A stretch of DNA of 64,000 nucleotides from contig CAZUVH010000004.1 in the NCBI GenBank assembly GCA_964623775.1, positions 12,280 through 76,279 on the forward strand, read 5' to 3'. Below, piece after piece: positions 28,013-36,890 of this stretch. Both the position numbers and the translations under genes were made by a program. Numbering within the stretch: the stretch's first letter is position 1; each line of letters opens with the position of its first letter. The notes beneath the pieces were generated by a model that worked only from the letters and a program-made list of their open reading frames with translations, had not been told where the DNA came from and made no database searches. This stretch comes from an uncultured Candidatus Saccharibacteria bacterium (GTDB taxonomy: Bacteria > Patescibacteriota > Minisyncoccia > Phycocordibacterales > UBA2100).

Positions 28013-28393
28013 ATGATTCAAGATCGCTCACTCGTAAAGATTGCAGACAATTCCGGCGGAATCATCGGCCGTATTTTCAAGATTCTTGGCGGCTCCAAGA
28101 AGCGCTATGCTGGCATTGGCGAAGAGGTCGTCCTCTCGATCCAGACCGCGCAGCCGCGTAAGTCGGTAAAGAAAAAGGAGGTCCACAAGGCCGTCGTCGT
28201 CCGCACCAAGAATGCACTTCGCCGCAAGGATGGCTCGTACATCCGCTTCGATGAAAATGCAGTGGTACTCATCACCGGATCAGGTAAAGAACCCAAAGAG
28301 CCAAAGGCAAACCGCGTATTCGGCCCGATCCCACGCGAAGTCGTCGAGCTTGGATACCAGAAAATTGGCTCTCTTGCGCCAGAAATCGTGTAA
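28013..28393 (+). CDS. rplN: 50S ribosomal protein L14
   Basis: MIQDRSLVKIADNSGG, uL14. Confidence 0.92.
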   Translation: MIQDRSLVKIADNSGGIIGRIFKILGGSKKRYAGIGEEVVLSIQTAQPRKSVKKKEVHKAVVVRTKNALRRKDGSYIRFDENAVVLITGSGKEPKEPKANRVFGPIPREVVELGYQKIGSLAPEIV

Positions 28394-28486
28394 TTGACAT
28401 TCGCCTGAAATAGGTGTATAATACCGACGGAAAAGTGCCTCAGAAGGGCACTTTCGCATATGGCTTTGTAGACAGGAGGTCCCCCG

Positions 28487-29239
28487 ATGGACTTTGAGAC
28501 GGAAGTAGGAGCAATTCTCCATCTGCGGGTGGCGACGTGGACAGATCCGCGAGAGCGTGTGCAGATCGGTTTTGCAGCGGAAGTAAGAGACTGCGACTCG
28601 CTGCTTCTCCTCGCGCGCACCCCCGAACAAAAGGCGGAGGATGATCGTCAGATGGAGCGATATTTCGACCCGGACCACGCCCCGATCGACAACTGGTCGC
28701 GCAGACGACGTCCTGATCCCAACTACGGATCGCAGCGCATGTTCCACATCAAAGGGGACCTGCCCGCACCGCTCGTCGAGGGCGATGCCTGGGAGGTTGA
28801 AGTGCTTCAGTGCACCTTCAATCCCTCCGAGCCGCTTACCAAAGGCCGCTACCCGCTGAGAAAAATCCGGTACACGGTGCGGCCGATCAAGCGTGTCGAG
28901 GAGTATTCCCGGAGAATCGATCTCCAAGGTAAGGTCATTGTCGTTGAGCGCCGATGCGGTCTCAATATCGTACGGCAAGAAACCCCGTTCGATGTTCGCA
29001 GGGCACGCTATCGGCTCGACGAAGGCTCCTCGTTCATTGAAGTCGATCAGTTCTTCGCCGACGGGGCTTCGCTCGGTCACTATGAATATCCGTACGGTGG
29101 CGTAGGGACGACGAGCGATCTTTTCCGAGAGCACCAACGGAAGTTCAAGATCACTCCGGACGCTAAGCGTCTGAAACGTGAGATTCGTGAACTTCCTCTT
29201 GCCCCGGAAGACCTGCGCAAGAAATTTGGTTTCGCATAG
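28487..29239 (+). CDS. Hypothetical protein (250 aa) inserted within r-protein cluster
   Basis: Complete ORF with its own terminator and no recognisable motif. It sits between rplN and rplX where these genes are normally adjacent. Confidence 0.45.
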   Translation: MDFETEVGAILHLRVATWTDPRERVQIGFAAEVRDCDSLLLLARTPEQKAEDDRQMERYFDPDHAPIDNWSRRRRPDPNYGSQRMFHIKGDLPAPLVEGDAWEVEVLQCTFNPSEPLTKGRYPLRKIRYTVRPIKRVEEYSRRIDLQGKVIVVERRCGLNIVRQETPFDVRRARYRLDEGSSFIEVDQFFADGASLGHYEYPYGGVGTTSDLFREHQRKFKITPDAKRLKREIRELPLAPEDLRKKFGFA

Positions 29240-29248
29240 TCTCTATAA

Positions 29249-29280
29249 GGTCCCGGACTGAAGTCCGGGACCTTTTTCTT
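29249..29280 (+). terminator. Rho-independent terminator
   Basis: GGTCCCGGACTGAAGTCCGGGACC followed by TTTTTCTTT. Confidence 0.6.
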
Positions 29281-29357
29281 TGGAATATGGTATATATACG
29301 GTGCCTGTTCATACACGAACAGGAATACAAACCGGGTCTAGGACCCAGGAGGATGAA

Positions 29358-29801
29358 ATGAAAAGTCCTGTTCTCAGCATTGATCTTTTGGCGTGGTCGC
29401 GGTCGTTTGGTCATCGAGGTGAGGAAATTGAGACTGCACTTATGGATGAAAAGTTGGCCGCTAAACTCGGCCTTCTCGGAGTTCGCCTGGCCAAGAAGTT
29501 CGATAAGATTCAGCATCGACTGGAGGTGATCAAAATCACTCCACGGATGGGCGGCCAGTGTGGAGGGGGGGTTGGGTCGGTTTCCATCAAGATAGTTCTT
29601 TCAGAATTCCACTTCAGTTCGAAGATCGAGTGCTACACAGACGTGGATCTTGAGAAGATCGATCAGGAGAGTTGGATAGAGCAGACCGCTGAGCGGGTGA
29701 GGAAGTCCGCTATCGAAAAGGCCTGGGAGCTCTCGGAGAAATACAGCTGCGCCCAAAAGGATGTGACACATGTCGCCTCCGTATTAACGTCGGCACCATA
29801 A
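29358..29801 (+). CDS. Hypothetical protein (147 aa) inserted within r-protein cluster
   Basis: Track ORF 29280..29801. The internal ATG at 29358 is preceded by AGGAGG. Product begins MKSPVLSIDLLAWSRSFGHRGEEIE.... Confidence 0.4.
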   Translation: MKSPVLSIDLLAWSRSFGHRGEEIETALMDEKLAAKLGLLGVRLAKKFDKIQHRLEVIKITPRMGGQCGGGVGSVSIKIVLSEFHFSSKIECYTDVDLEKIDQESWIEQTAERVRKSAIEKAWELSEKYSCAQKDVTHVASVLTSAP

Positions 29802-29815
29802 AAGGCGCTAAGAAG

Positions 29816-29850
29816 TCCCGGGTCGGCAATGATCCGGGACCTTGTTTTTT
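29816..29850 (+). terminator. Rho-independent terminator
   Basis: GTCCCGGGTCGGCAATGATCCGGGAC followed by CTTGTTTTTT. Its stem is related to the 29249 terminator. Confidence 0.55.
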
Positions 29851-29991
29851 AATGAATTTGAAGGTATAGTGCCGCGAACATTCAGGGTTTCCAAGTTCGC
29901 GATTTAATCCTCGCGTCTCTGGGTGAAATAATTTCCCCGGTAGTACAAATCCTTCGGATTTGACTACGGGGCAGGCAAAAATAAAAAATAT

Positions 29992-30303
29992 ATGAAATTA
30001 AAGAAAGGTGACAAAGTTATAGTGATCGCCGGCAAAAGCAAGGGGCAGACCTCGACCATCGTCTATGCATTTCCCAAGAAGAATATGGTCATTTTGGACG
30101 GACTCAACAAGTCCAAGCGTCACCAGCGCCCAACTTCGGCAAGCCGCAAGGGTCAGATCATCGAAAAGGTGATGCCGATCCATGCGTCCAACGTCATGCT
30201 CGTCGATCCCAAGGGTGGCAAGCAGACACGTATCAAGATCTCGCGCACCAAGGAGGGGAATCGCGTCCGTCATGCAGTTAAGAGCGGAGAGCAACTCAAG
30301 TAA
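29992..30303 (+). CDS. rplX: 50S ribosomal protein L24
   Basis: MKLKKGDKVIVIAGKSKGQ, KOW motif, uL24. Confidence 0.9.
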   Translation: MKLKKGDKVIVIAGKSKGQTSTIVYAFPKKNMVILDGLNKSKRHQRPTSASRKGQIIEKVMPIHASNVMLVDPKGGKQTRIKISRTKEGNRVRHAVKSGEQLK

Positions 30304-30313
30304 AAATTATTAT

Positions 30314-30892
30314 ATGGCAACAGCAACAGCACACGACAAGACATTTGCGGCACTGAAAGAGCAGTTCGGCTACTCCAATGTCATGCAGGCACCGCGCGTC
30401 ACCAAGATTGTCGTCGGGACCGGCGTTGGCTCACTCAAGGATAAAAAGAAGCTTGAGCTCATCGTCGATCGCTTGAAGAAGATCACCGGCCAGGCTCCCG
30501 CAGTACGCGGTGCCAAGAAATCGATCGCGAATTTCAAGATTCGCGCCGGCGATATCTCGGGCTACCAGGTCACGCTTCGCGGCGCACGCATGCAGTCTTT
30601 TCTCGACAAGCTCATCCACATCGTCTTCCCACGCGTAAAGGACTTCCGCGGCATCAAGCCGAGCTCGATCGATGAGATGGGCAACATCTCGATCGGTCTT
30701 AAGGAGCAGATCGTCTTCCCGGAGACTTCCGACGAGGATGCGAAGGACATCTTCGGCGTCGGTATCACAATCGCGACGACTGCCAGGAATAAGAGTGAGG
30801 CAGAGGCATTCTTCCGCCACATCGGTCTTCCACTCAAAGACGCATCGGAAGCAGATGCGAAAGGGAAGCAGACACGCCGTAAAAAGAAATAA
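30314..30892 (+). CDS. rplE: 50S ribosomal protein L5
   Basis: Track ORF 30182..30892 is N-extended; the ATG at 30314 gives MATATAHDKTFAALKEQFGYSNVMQAPRV..., uL5. Confidence 0.9.
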   Translation: MATATAHDKTFAALKEQFGYSNVMQAPRVTKIVVGTGVGSLKDKKKLELIVDRLKKITGQAPAVRGAKKSIANFKIRAGDISGYQVTLRGARMQSFLDKLIHIVFPRVKDFRGIKPSSIDEMGNISIGLKEQIVFPETSDEDAKDIFGVGITIATTARNKSEAEAFFRHIGLPLKDASEADAKGKQTRRKKK

Positions 30893-30905
30893 GCTTCTGC
30901 TGAAG

Positions 30906-30970
30906 CTTTTTGCGTCTTCGCTCGGATGAAATGAATGCGAGTATTCATTTCGGATCCTCGCTAGCCGCAA
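30906..30970. repeat. ~65-bp palindromic intergenic repeat, family member 2
   Basis: TTTTTGCGTCTTCGCTCGGATGAAATGAATGCGAGTATTCATTTCGGATCCTCGCTAGCCGC matches the reverse complement of 14911-14977. Confidence 0.5.
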
Positions 30971-30971
30971 T

Positions 30972-31010
30972 AATAAAAGAAACGACCACCGCGAGGTGGT
31001 CGTTTTCGTT
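30972..31010. terminator. Bidirectional terminator
   Basis: AAACGACCACCGCGAGGTGGTCGTTT hairpin with flanking A-run and T-run. It ends rplE (+) and the 31009..31407 gene (-). Confidence 0.55.
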
Positions 31011-31407
31011 AATGAGCGAGCTGCGAGACCCATTTCAAGATCTTTATTTCGTCCTTCGACAGATGGCTGAAGGTGGTAAGCACCCATGCCGCGTATTTGT
31101 GCTGCTCATCGGTGAGCCACGTCGAAAGGAGGGCACGATGCCACCATTGAATACGGGGCGCATATCGGATCGCGCACAGCGCCCACCACGGATTCTCGGA
31201 TTCTTCGATGGCAATAGTGACCTGATCCACTCCAATCTCTTCGCAGGCGCTGATGATCGCACGGCCGACGCTAGCCTTGTTTGCGCGGATGAGCGCGGCG
31301 GTTTTCTTCGCGCCGTATTTCATTGCCAGCGCGTAGCCAGCACGCTGCTCATCGGTCATCCGATGTCGAATCATCGGAAAATTTGTACGATGCTTTGGGG
31401 CGGGCAT
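31009..31407 (-). CDS. Hypothetical protein (132 aa), opposite-strand insertion between rplE and rpsZ
   Basis: Complete ORF bounded by terminators. No recognised motif. Confidence 0.4.
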   Translation of the reverse strand: MPAPKHRTNFPMIRHRMTDEQRAGYALAMKYGAKKTAALIRANKASVGRAIISACEEIGVDQVTIAIEESENPWWALCAIRYAPRIQWWHRALLSTWLTDEQHKYAAWVLTTFSHLSKDEIKILKWVSQLAH

Positions 31408-31461
31408 AACTCAGTCCCTTCGTTCAATCTCAGGTCACACTATCTGCAATTCATCTGGAGC

Positions 31462-31497
31462 ACAAGAAAAACGACCACTGCGAAGCGGTCGTTTGTT
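31462..31497 (-). terminator. Rho-independent terminator
   Basis: CGACCACTGCGAAGCGGTCG hairpin with a T-run on the minus strand. Confidence 0.45.
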
Positions 31498-31503
31498 TGA
31501 AGA

Positions 31504-31881
31504 TCACTGATCCCAGATGGCGAGCACGATTCGTTCTTCGCAGTGCGGGCACTTGAAGGGGAATGCCGCGTAGTACCCAGGCTCTTCATCAAGCTCTTTT
31601 CGCTTGATTCGTGCAAGCTCCTTCGATTTTTCATCCGTGCCCGCGATCATCTCACAAACATGTTTTGGACAAACAGGAGCGCGGAACCGCTGCGTCTTGT
31701 CCAAGTCGCATTCGCTGCATTTTAACGTGACCTCGGTCGAAGGCGAGTCACAGCGTGACGGAATATGTTGTGAGACGAACGTCATTTTGTGTGCGCAACC
31801 TGCTTGTAATCGCGCGACCTCCGCCTGTCTCGCCGAAATTTCGCTGCGGATGGTATTGATTCTCTGCAAAGTGGTGCTCAT
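31504..31881 (-). CDS. Cys-rich (zinc-ribbon-like) hypothetical protein, opposite-strand insertion
   Basis: 125 aa with paired CxxC motifs (CSECDLDKTQRFRAPVCPKHVC, FKCPHCEERI) and an N-terminal coiled-coil-like region. Confidence 0.4.
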   Translation of the reverse strand: MSTTLQRINTIRSEISARQAEVARLQAGCAHKMTFVSQHIPSRCDSPSTEVTLKCSECDLDKTQRFRAPVCPKHVCEMIAGTDEKSKELARIKRKELDEEPGYYAAFPFKCPHCEERIVLAIWDQ

Positions 31882-32235
31882 GATCGCTACTCCTTATGAC
31901 CGCTGGCCACACTGTAATCAAAGGGAGGGGATTGTCCAGAAAATGGGGCTGTTTGACTTCCGTGGTCGCATCGCGTATATTTCCTAAGCCTCGTAGGGGG
32001 CTTCTGTTTCCGGGCAAGTCCAAAGAATTATCTAGGGATACTGCCAGAAACCAGGGAGCCACTCGGGAGTCTCGATAACCCAGCCTCGTAAGAGAGGGTG
32101 CACGGACCCCAAAACCTCCTAGGCGTCGTAGAAAACTAAGAAGCTAGCGAACTTAGTTTTCACGATCCAGCACCTTTCGAGAAAGGTGCTGGATGAAGAG
32201 CTTCTAAGCTCATAAATTCGCTAAGAATCTCTAAC

Positions 32236-32421
32236 ATGGCAAAGAAATCAATGATTATTAAGGCTAATCGAAAGCCGAAATTCTCAAGTCGCACCGTGCG
32301 TCGCTGCTTCAAGTGCGGACGCCCGCGCGGTTTTATGCGTGATTTTAATCTCTGCCGCATCTGCTTCCGCGAGGAGGCTCTCGAAGGAAATATTCCTGGA
32401 ATTAAGAAATCTTCATGGTAA
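32236..32421 (+). CDS. rpsZ: 30S ribosomal protein S14 type Z (zinc-binding)
   Basis: 61 aa with CFKCGRP...CRIC, the type-Z uS14. Confidence 0.9.
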   Translation: MAKKSMIIKANRKPKFSSRTVRRCFKCGRPRGFMRDFNLCRICFREEALEGNIPGIKKSSW

Positions 32422-32810
32422 ACGATCCTGTCGGTGACTTCATAGTGCGCCTCACCAATGCGGGGGCGATCAAGAAGGCCAATGTGTCCGTGCCTTTTTC
32501 CGCTTTCAAGATGGCAATCGCCGAGAAGTTGAAAGACGCCGGCTTTGTCGCCAACATCGAGAAGAAGGGTAAGAAGGTGAAGAAAACCCTCGATGTCACA
32601 CTCAAGTACGGTCCTGAGGGCATGCATGTCATAAATGGCGTGAAGCGCATCTCAAAGCCGGGCCGCCGCATGTACAAGTCGGTTCTCGAAATCAATCCTG
32701 TCCGCTACGGTAAGGGCGCTCTCATCCTCTCGACTCCCAAGGGCATCAAGACCGACAGGGAGGCGAAGAAAGAGAACGTCGGTGGCGAAGCTTTGTTTGA
32801 AATTTGGTAA
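32415..32810 (+). CDS. rpsH: 30S ribosomal protein S8
   Basis: [16 protein letters not shown], uS8. Confidence 0.9.
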   Translation: MVNDPVGDFIVRLTNAGAIKKANVSVPFSAFKMAIAEKLKDAGFVANIEKKGKKVKKTLDVTLKYGPEGMHVINGVKRISKPGRRMYKSVLEINPVRYGKGALILSTPKGIKTDREAKKENVGGEALFEIW

Positions 32811-32816
32811 ATATAT

Positions 32817-33362
32817 ATGTCACGCACTGGAAAAAGAGATATACCCGTTCCTGCAGGCACCGACGTCTCGGTGGCTTCTCATGTGCTCACCGTCAAAGGT
32901 AAGGGCGGTACGCTCAAGAAGGATGTGCACCCGGCGATTTCCATCCTCGTTGATAAGGGAATCGTGAAGGTGGAGCCTGCCAACAAGAGCCGCCTCGCAA
33001 AGGCGCTCTGGGGCACGTATGCAGCGCACGTGCGCAACATGATCGCGGGCGTCAATACACCGTTTGTGAAGAAGCTTCAGGTAGAAGGCATCGGCTATCG
33101 CGCGGAGCTCTCGGGCAAGCAGATCAAATTTGCACTCGGTTTTTCGCACCCGATCCTGATGGCTATCCCAGAAGGTCTTACGGTTGCAATCGAAAAGAAC
33201 ATCATCAGCGTCTCTGGCGCCGACAAGGAGGCAGTGGGTCAATTTGCCGCCAACATCCGCTCACTCAAGAAGCCGGAGCCGTACAAGGGCAAGGGAATTA
33301 GGTATGAAGGCGAAGTCGTACGCCAGAAGGCCGGTAAGAAAGCAGCTACAGCAGCCGCATAA
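32817..33362 (+). CDS. rplF: 50S ribosomal protein L6
   Basis: MSRTGKRDIPVPAGTDVSVASHVLTVKGKGGTL, uL6. Confidence 0.9.
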   Translation: MSRTGKRDIPVPAGTDVSVASHVLTVKGKGGTLKKDVHPAISILVDKGIVKVEPANKSRLAKALWGTYAAHVRNMIAGVNTPFVKKLQVEGIGYRAELSGKQIKFALGFSHPILMAIPEGLTVAIEKNIISVSGADKEAVGQFAANIRSLKKPEPYKGKGIRYEGEVVRQKAGKKAATAAA

Positions 33363-33371
33363 GCATAATGT

Positions 33372-33719
33372 ATGGCAACAACTAACCGACAACAGAAGAG
33401 AACAACGAGACACACACGCGTGCGCGCGAAGGTCATTGGCACGCCGGAGCGCCCGCGCCTTTCGGTATACAAGTCCAACACGCGCCTCATCGCGCAGATC
33501 ATTGATGATTCTGCAGGTAAGACGCTCGTCGCTGTATCTTCTGGTACTGAAAAAGGAAAGACTCCACGAGAGAGAGCAGAGCAAGCAGCTGGCTCGATCG
33601 CAAAACTCGCCACCACAAAAGGGATCAAGGCAGTGGTCTTTGATCGCGGCGGATTCCAGTACGTGGGGACCATCAAGGCTTTTGCTGATGCGGCACGCGC
33701 TGCAGGATTAGAATTTTAA
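33372..33719 (+). CDS. rplR: 50S ribosomal protein L18
   Basis: RPRLSVYKSNTRLIAQIIDD...AVVFDRGGFQY, uL18. Confidence 0.9.
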   Translation: MATTNRQQKRTTRHTRVRAKVIGTPERPRLSVYKSNTRLIAQIIDDSAGKTLVAVSSGTEKGKTPRERAEQAAGSIAKLATTKGIKAVVFDRGGFQYVGTIKAFADAARAAGLEF

Positions 33720-33727
33720 TTTGATAT

Positions 33728-34348
33728 ATGGCTGACGAAAAAAACATAAACGAAAACGCAGTAGTGCCACCGCAGGATGTTGTGGTGAGTGAAGAGCCGC
33801 GCGCATCCGAGAAGCGCCCGTTTGCAGGTCGCGGAGGTGGCGATCGACGAGGGTCACGTGGCGGACGCCCGGGCGGTGATCGCCGCGGAGGCAATCGCCC
33901 CGATCGCGAGCGTTCTGAATTTGCACAGAAGCTGATCGGTATTCGCCGTGTGGCACGCGTCATGGCAGGTGGCCGCCGCTTCAATTTCTCTGCGGCGATC
34001 GTCATTGGCGACAAGAAGGGTCGCGTAGGCGTGGGCTTGGGTAAAGCAGCCGACACGCAGCTTGCGATCGAAAAGGCGACCCGCCATGCCAAGAAAAACA
34101 TGATCTCGGTCAATCTCACCAAGAACCGCAGCATCCGTCACAACATTGAGGCAAAATATTGCGCATCGGTGATTCAGATCCGACCTTCAGCAGGCCGCGG
34201 ACTCGTAGCCGGCTCGTCCGTGCGCACCGTCCTTGAGCTCGCTGGCATCTCCGACGTCACTGCAAAGCTCATGTCTCGCAGCAAGAATCCCGTCAACAAC
34301 GCGCGCGCTGCAATCGAGGCACTCCGCGCGGTGGTAATAAAGAAATAA
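33728..34348 (+). CDS. rpsE: 30S ribosomal protein S5 (Arg/Gly-rich N-terminal extension)
   Basis: KLIGIRRVARVMAGGRRFNFSAAIVIGDKKGRVGVGLGKA, uS5. Confidence 0.9.
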   Translation: MADEKNINENAVVPPQDVVVSEEPRASEKRPFAGRGGGDRRGSRGGRPGGDRRGGNRPDRERSEFAQKLIGIRRVARVMAGGRRFNFSAAIVIGDKKGRVGVGLGKAADTQLAIEKATRHAKKNMISVNLTKNRSIRHNIEAKYCASVIQIRPSAGRGLVAGSSVRTVLELAGISDVTAKLMSRSKNPVNNARAAIEALRAVVIKK

Positions 34349-34349
34349 T

Positions 34350-34916
34350 ATGACAACAGGACTTCACACACTCGTACGCACAGGGAAGCGCCCGTATCGC
34401 CGTGTAGGCCGTGGGCAGTCTTCGACGCGCGGCAAGCAATCCGGTCGCGGCGGCAAGGGCCAGACAGCACGTGCCGGTAACAAGCGACGCCCTGAAATGC
34501 GCGACATCATCAAGAAACTTCCAAAGCGCCGTGGCTACGGCAAGAACCGCGGCCGCAGCGTGGACGGCACGATCCCAGATGCGATCGCACTTTCAGTCGA
34601 GCGCCTCTCACATTTGTTTGAAAATGGATCGGAGGTGACCATGAAATCGCTCGCGGCAGCAGGCGTCACACATGCGCGCAAGATGACCCCGGTCAAGATC
34701 GTCGGTGGCGGTGATATGACCAAGAAGCTCACAGTGAGCGGTGTCGCCGTATCGGCCTCGGCTCGCGCAGCGATCGAGAAGGCTGGCGGTGCTGTCGTTG
34801 ATTTCGTATCAGCAGCGCAGGCGCAGGGCGCACGCATCAAGAAGAGTAAGGTGGTAAACAAGGCCGCTTCAGATGAAAATAAGAAAGCCAATCCAAAAGA
34901 AGCTAAGAAGTCATAA
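34350..34916 (+). CDS. rplO: 50S ribosomal protein L15 (C-terminal extension)
   Basis: RGKQSGRGGKGQTARAG, uL15. It follows rpsE directly, so no rpmD/L30 lies between them. Confidence 0.88.
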   Translation: MTTGLHTLVRTGKRPYRRVGRGQSSTRGKQSGRGGKGQTARAGNKRRPEMRDIIKKLPKRRGYGKNRGRSVDGTIPDAIALSVERLSHLFENGSEVTMKSLAAAGVTHARKMTPVKIVGGGDMTKKLTVSGVAVSASARAAIEKAGGAVVDFVSAAQAQGARIKKSKVVNKAASDENKKANPKEAKKS

Positions 34917-34921
34917 GGCAT

Positions 34922-36196
34922 ATGTGGGACGCATTTCTTCGTAAAGTAAAGCTCGTCTTCGAAGACGAGACTTTGCGCACGCGCATACTTTTCACACTCG
35001 GCGCACTCGCGGTCTTCCGCCTCCTCGCAGCTATTCCGATTCCGGGTATCAATGCCGCGCAGCTCGAGCAATTTCTCGGCAACAACCAGTTCTTGGGTCT
35101 TCTCAACATTTTCTCCGGAGGAGGATTCAGTAATCTCTCGATCGTGATGCTCGGCGTCGGCCCGTACATCACCGCATCGATCGTCATGCAGCTCATGACG
35201 ATTCTCGTCCCGAGACTCAAGGAGATCTACCAGGAGGAAGGGGATGCAGGCCGCCAGCGATTCATGCAGTACTCGCGCTACCTCACCGTACCGCTCGCCT
35301 TTATCCAGGCGTTCGGATTCCTTCTCTTGCTCCGTCAAAACGGTATCGTCCCTGAGCTCAATCTCATGGGCACGCTCGTCAATGTGTGCGTGATCGCTGC
35401 CGGCTCGATGCTCCTCATGTGGCTCGGCGAGATCATCACCGAGTTTGGCGTGGGCAACGGCGTCTCGCTCATCATCTTCGCGGGCATCGTCGCGGTTATC
35501 CCGAGCAGCATCTCGCAGTTTGTCTTCTCATTTGATCCGACACAGCTCCCCGCGTACATCGCATTCTTCGCAGTCGGAGTCGTCATCATCTCGGGTGTCG
35601 TCTACATCTCCGAGGCTGAGCGCCCGATTCCGGTGACCTATGCACGCCGCGTACGCGGCATGAAGGTCTTGGGTGGTGTATCTACCTATTTGCCGCTGCG
35701 CATCAATCAGGCGGGCGTCATGCCGATCATCTTTGCGCTCTCGATCCTCCTTTTCCCGCAAATGATCGCGACCTTCCTCAGCAAGAGTGCGATTGCGGCA
35801 GTCGCATCCGCTGCGCAGATAGTCGTCAGTGCACTCGCCAATCAGTGGGTGTACGGCATCATGTACTTCTTCCTCGTATTCATCTTCACGTACTTCTACA
35901 CAGCCATCACCTTCGAGCCGCACCAGGTCGCGAAGAATCTCCAGAAAAATGGCGCCTTCATCCCCGGTGTACGCCCTGGTGAGACGACCGCCACATATCT
36001 CGGTAATATCATCACACGCATCACCCTCGTGGGCGCGCTCTTCCTTGGTATACTCGCCGTCTTGCCGCTTATCTTGCAGGGTCTCACTGGTATCACCGCG
36101 ATCTCAATCGGCGGTACCGCACTTCTCATCGTCGTCTCCGTAGTCCTCGACGTCGTCAAAAAGATCGACGCACAAACTTCTATCAGAGAGTATTAA
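34922..36196 (+). CDS. secY: Preprotein translocase subunit SecY
   Basis: 424 aa, 10 TM. Contains GINAAQLEQF and GVGNGVSLIIFAGIV. Confidence 0.92.
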   Translation: MWDAFLRKVKLVFEDETLRTRILFTLGALAVFRLLAAIPIPGINAAQLEQFLGNNQFLGLLNIFSGGGFSNLSIVMLGVGPYITASIVMQLMTILVPRLKEIYQEEGDAGRQRFMQYSRYLTVPLAFIQAFGFLLLLRQNGIVPELNLMGTLVNVCVIAAGSMLLMWLGEIITEFGVGNGVSLIIFAGIVAVIPSSISQFVFSFDPTQLPAYIAFFAVGVVIISGVVYISEAERPIPVTYARRVRGMKVLGGVSTYLPLRINQAGVMPIIFALSILLFPQMIATFLSKSAIAAVASAAQIVVSALANQWVYGIMYFFLVFIFTYFYTAITFEPHQVAKNLQKNGAFIPGVRPGETTATYLGNIITRITLVGALFLGILAVLPLILQGLTGITAISIGGTALLIVVSVVLDVVKKIDAQTSIREY

Positions 36197-36206
36197 AACC
36201 ACCAAA

Positions 36207-36238
36207 ACAAAAAAGGCCCGCGACGCGGGCCTTTTTTG
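36207..36238. terminator. Bidirectional terminator
   Basis: AAAAAGGCCCGCGACGCGGGCCTTTTTT between secY (+) and cmk (-). Confidence 0.65.
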
Positions 36239-36823
36239 TTATTTGGTCAGCCACTCCTGGTACGCTTTTGTGATGATTTGTACGACTTCGACGAGCGGGT
36301 GCTGTGTCGTGTCGACAACGAGATCGTACTGCGATTCGTCGACATAGCTCACTCCGTAGAGTTGCTTGTAGCGCATATTTTCGCTCTGCATGCGGGCGAG
36401 TGTAGCCTCGTACGCGTGTTCTACCGATTCTGCCGTCTCGTTCACGCGGCCGACTTTTTGCATTTGTTCGAAAATACGCTGAGAGGCTGTGTGCGGATCA
36501 ATGCGGAGAAATACTTTGAATGCATCGGGAATCCAGTGGAAGGCGAGACGGGAGTCGATGACTATTTTTGTCCGCTCCCCAGCTTTGCGCACGGCGTCGT
36601 CGATCATTTTGTCGATTGATGGATCGGTCTCGGCCTTCTTACTGAGCTCGGCCATCGTGAATCCGAGATGCACCGCCGTCTCTCGCCAGAAATCGCCGCT
36701 TGAAAAATGCTGATAGCCGAGCATGTGCGCAACACCTTTGGCGGTCGAGGATTTACCGCTCCCGGGAAGTCCGCCGATCGTGATCAGCTCTTTCTTATCG
36801 TGATTTTTGTCGAACGAATTCAT
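36239..36823 (-). CDS. cmk: Cytidylate kinase-like nucleoside monophosphate kinase
   Basis: Track ORF 36239..36847; ATG at 36823. Contains IGGLPGSGKSSTAKGVAHMLGYQHFSSGDFWRE. It lies on the opposite strand between secY and adk. Confidence 0.6.
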   Translation of the reverse strand: MNSFDKNHDKKELITIGGLPGSGKSSTAKGVAHMLGYQHFSSGDFWRETAVHLGFTMAELSKKAETDPSIDKMIDDAVRKAGERTKIVIDSRLAFHWIPDAFKVFLRIDPHTASQRIFEQMQKVGRVNETAESVEHAYEATLARMQSENMRYKQLYGVSYVDESQYDLVVDTTQHPLVEVVQIITKAYQEWLTK

Positions 36824-36890
36824 GTAAAGGCACATAATAGCACGCAAAATTTTGGTAATAATTAAAGATGCGTGTATACTCTAGGCACTC

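Noticed and set aside
31882-32130. Possible RNase P RNA or SRP RNA in the gap before rpsZ ('ccgggcaagtccaaag' vaguely P4-like)
   Set aside because: Conserved RNase P motifs (GGAAAGUCCGGGCUCC, ACAGAA..CCGGCUUA) and the SRP domain IV GGAA/AGCAGCC are not present. Retained only as unclassified structured RNA.
35445-36143. Ser/Arg-rich ORFs inside secY (35445..35636, 35829..36143, and minus-strand 34535..35338)
   Set aside because: They are alternative frames of a canonical SecY coding region.
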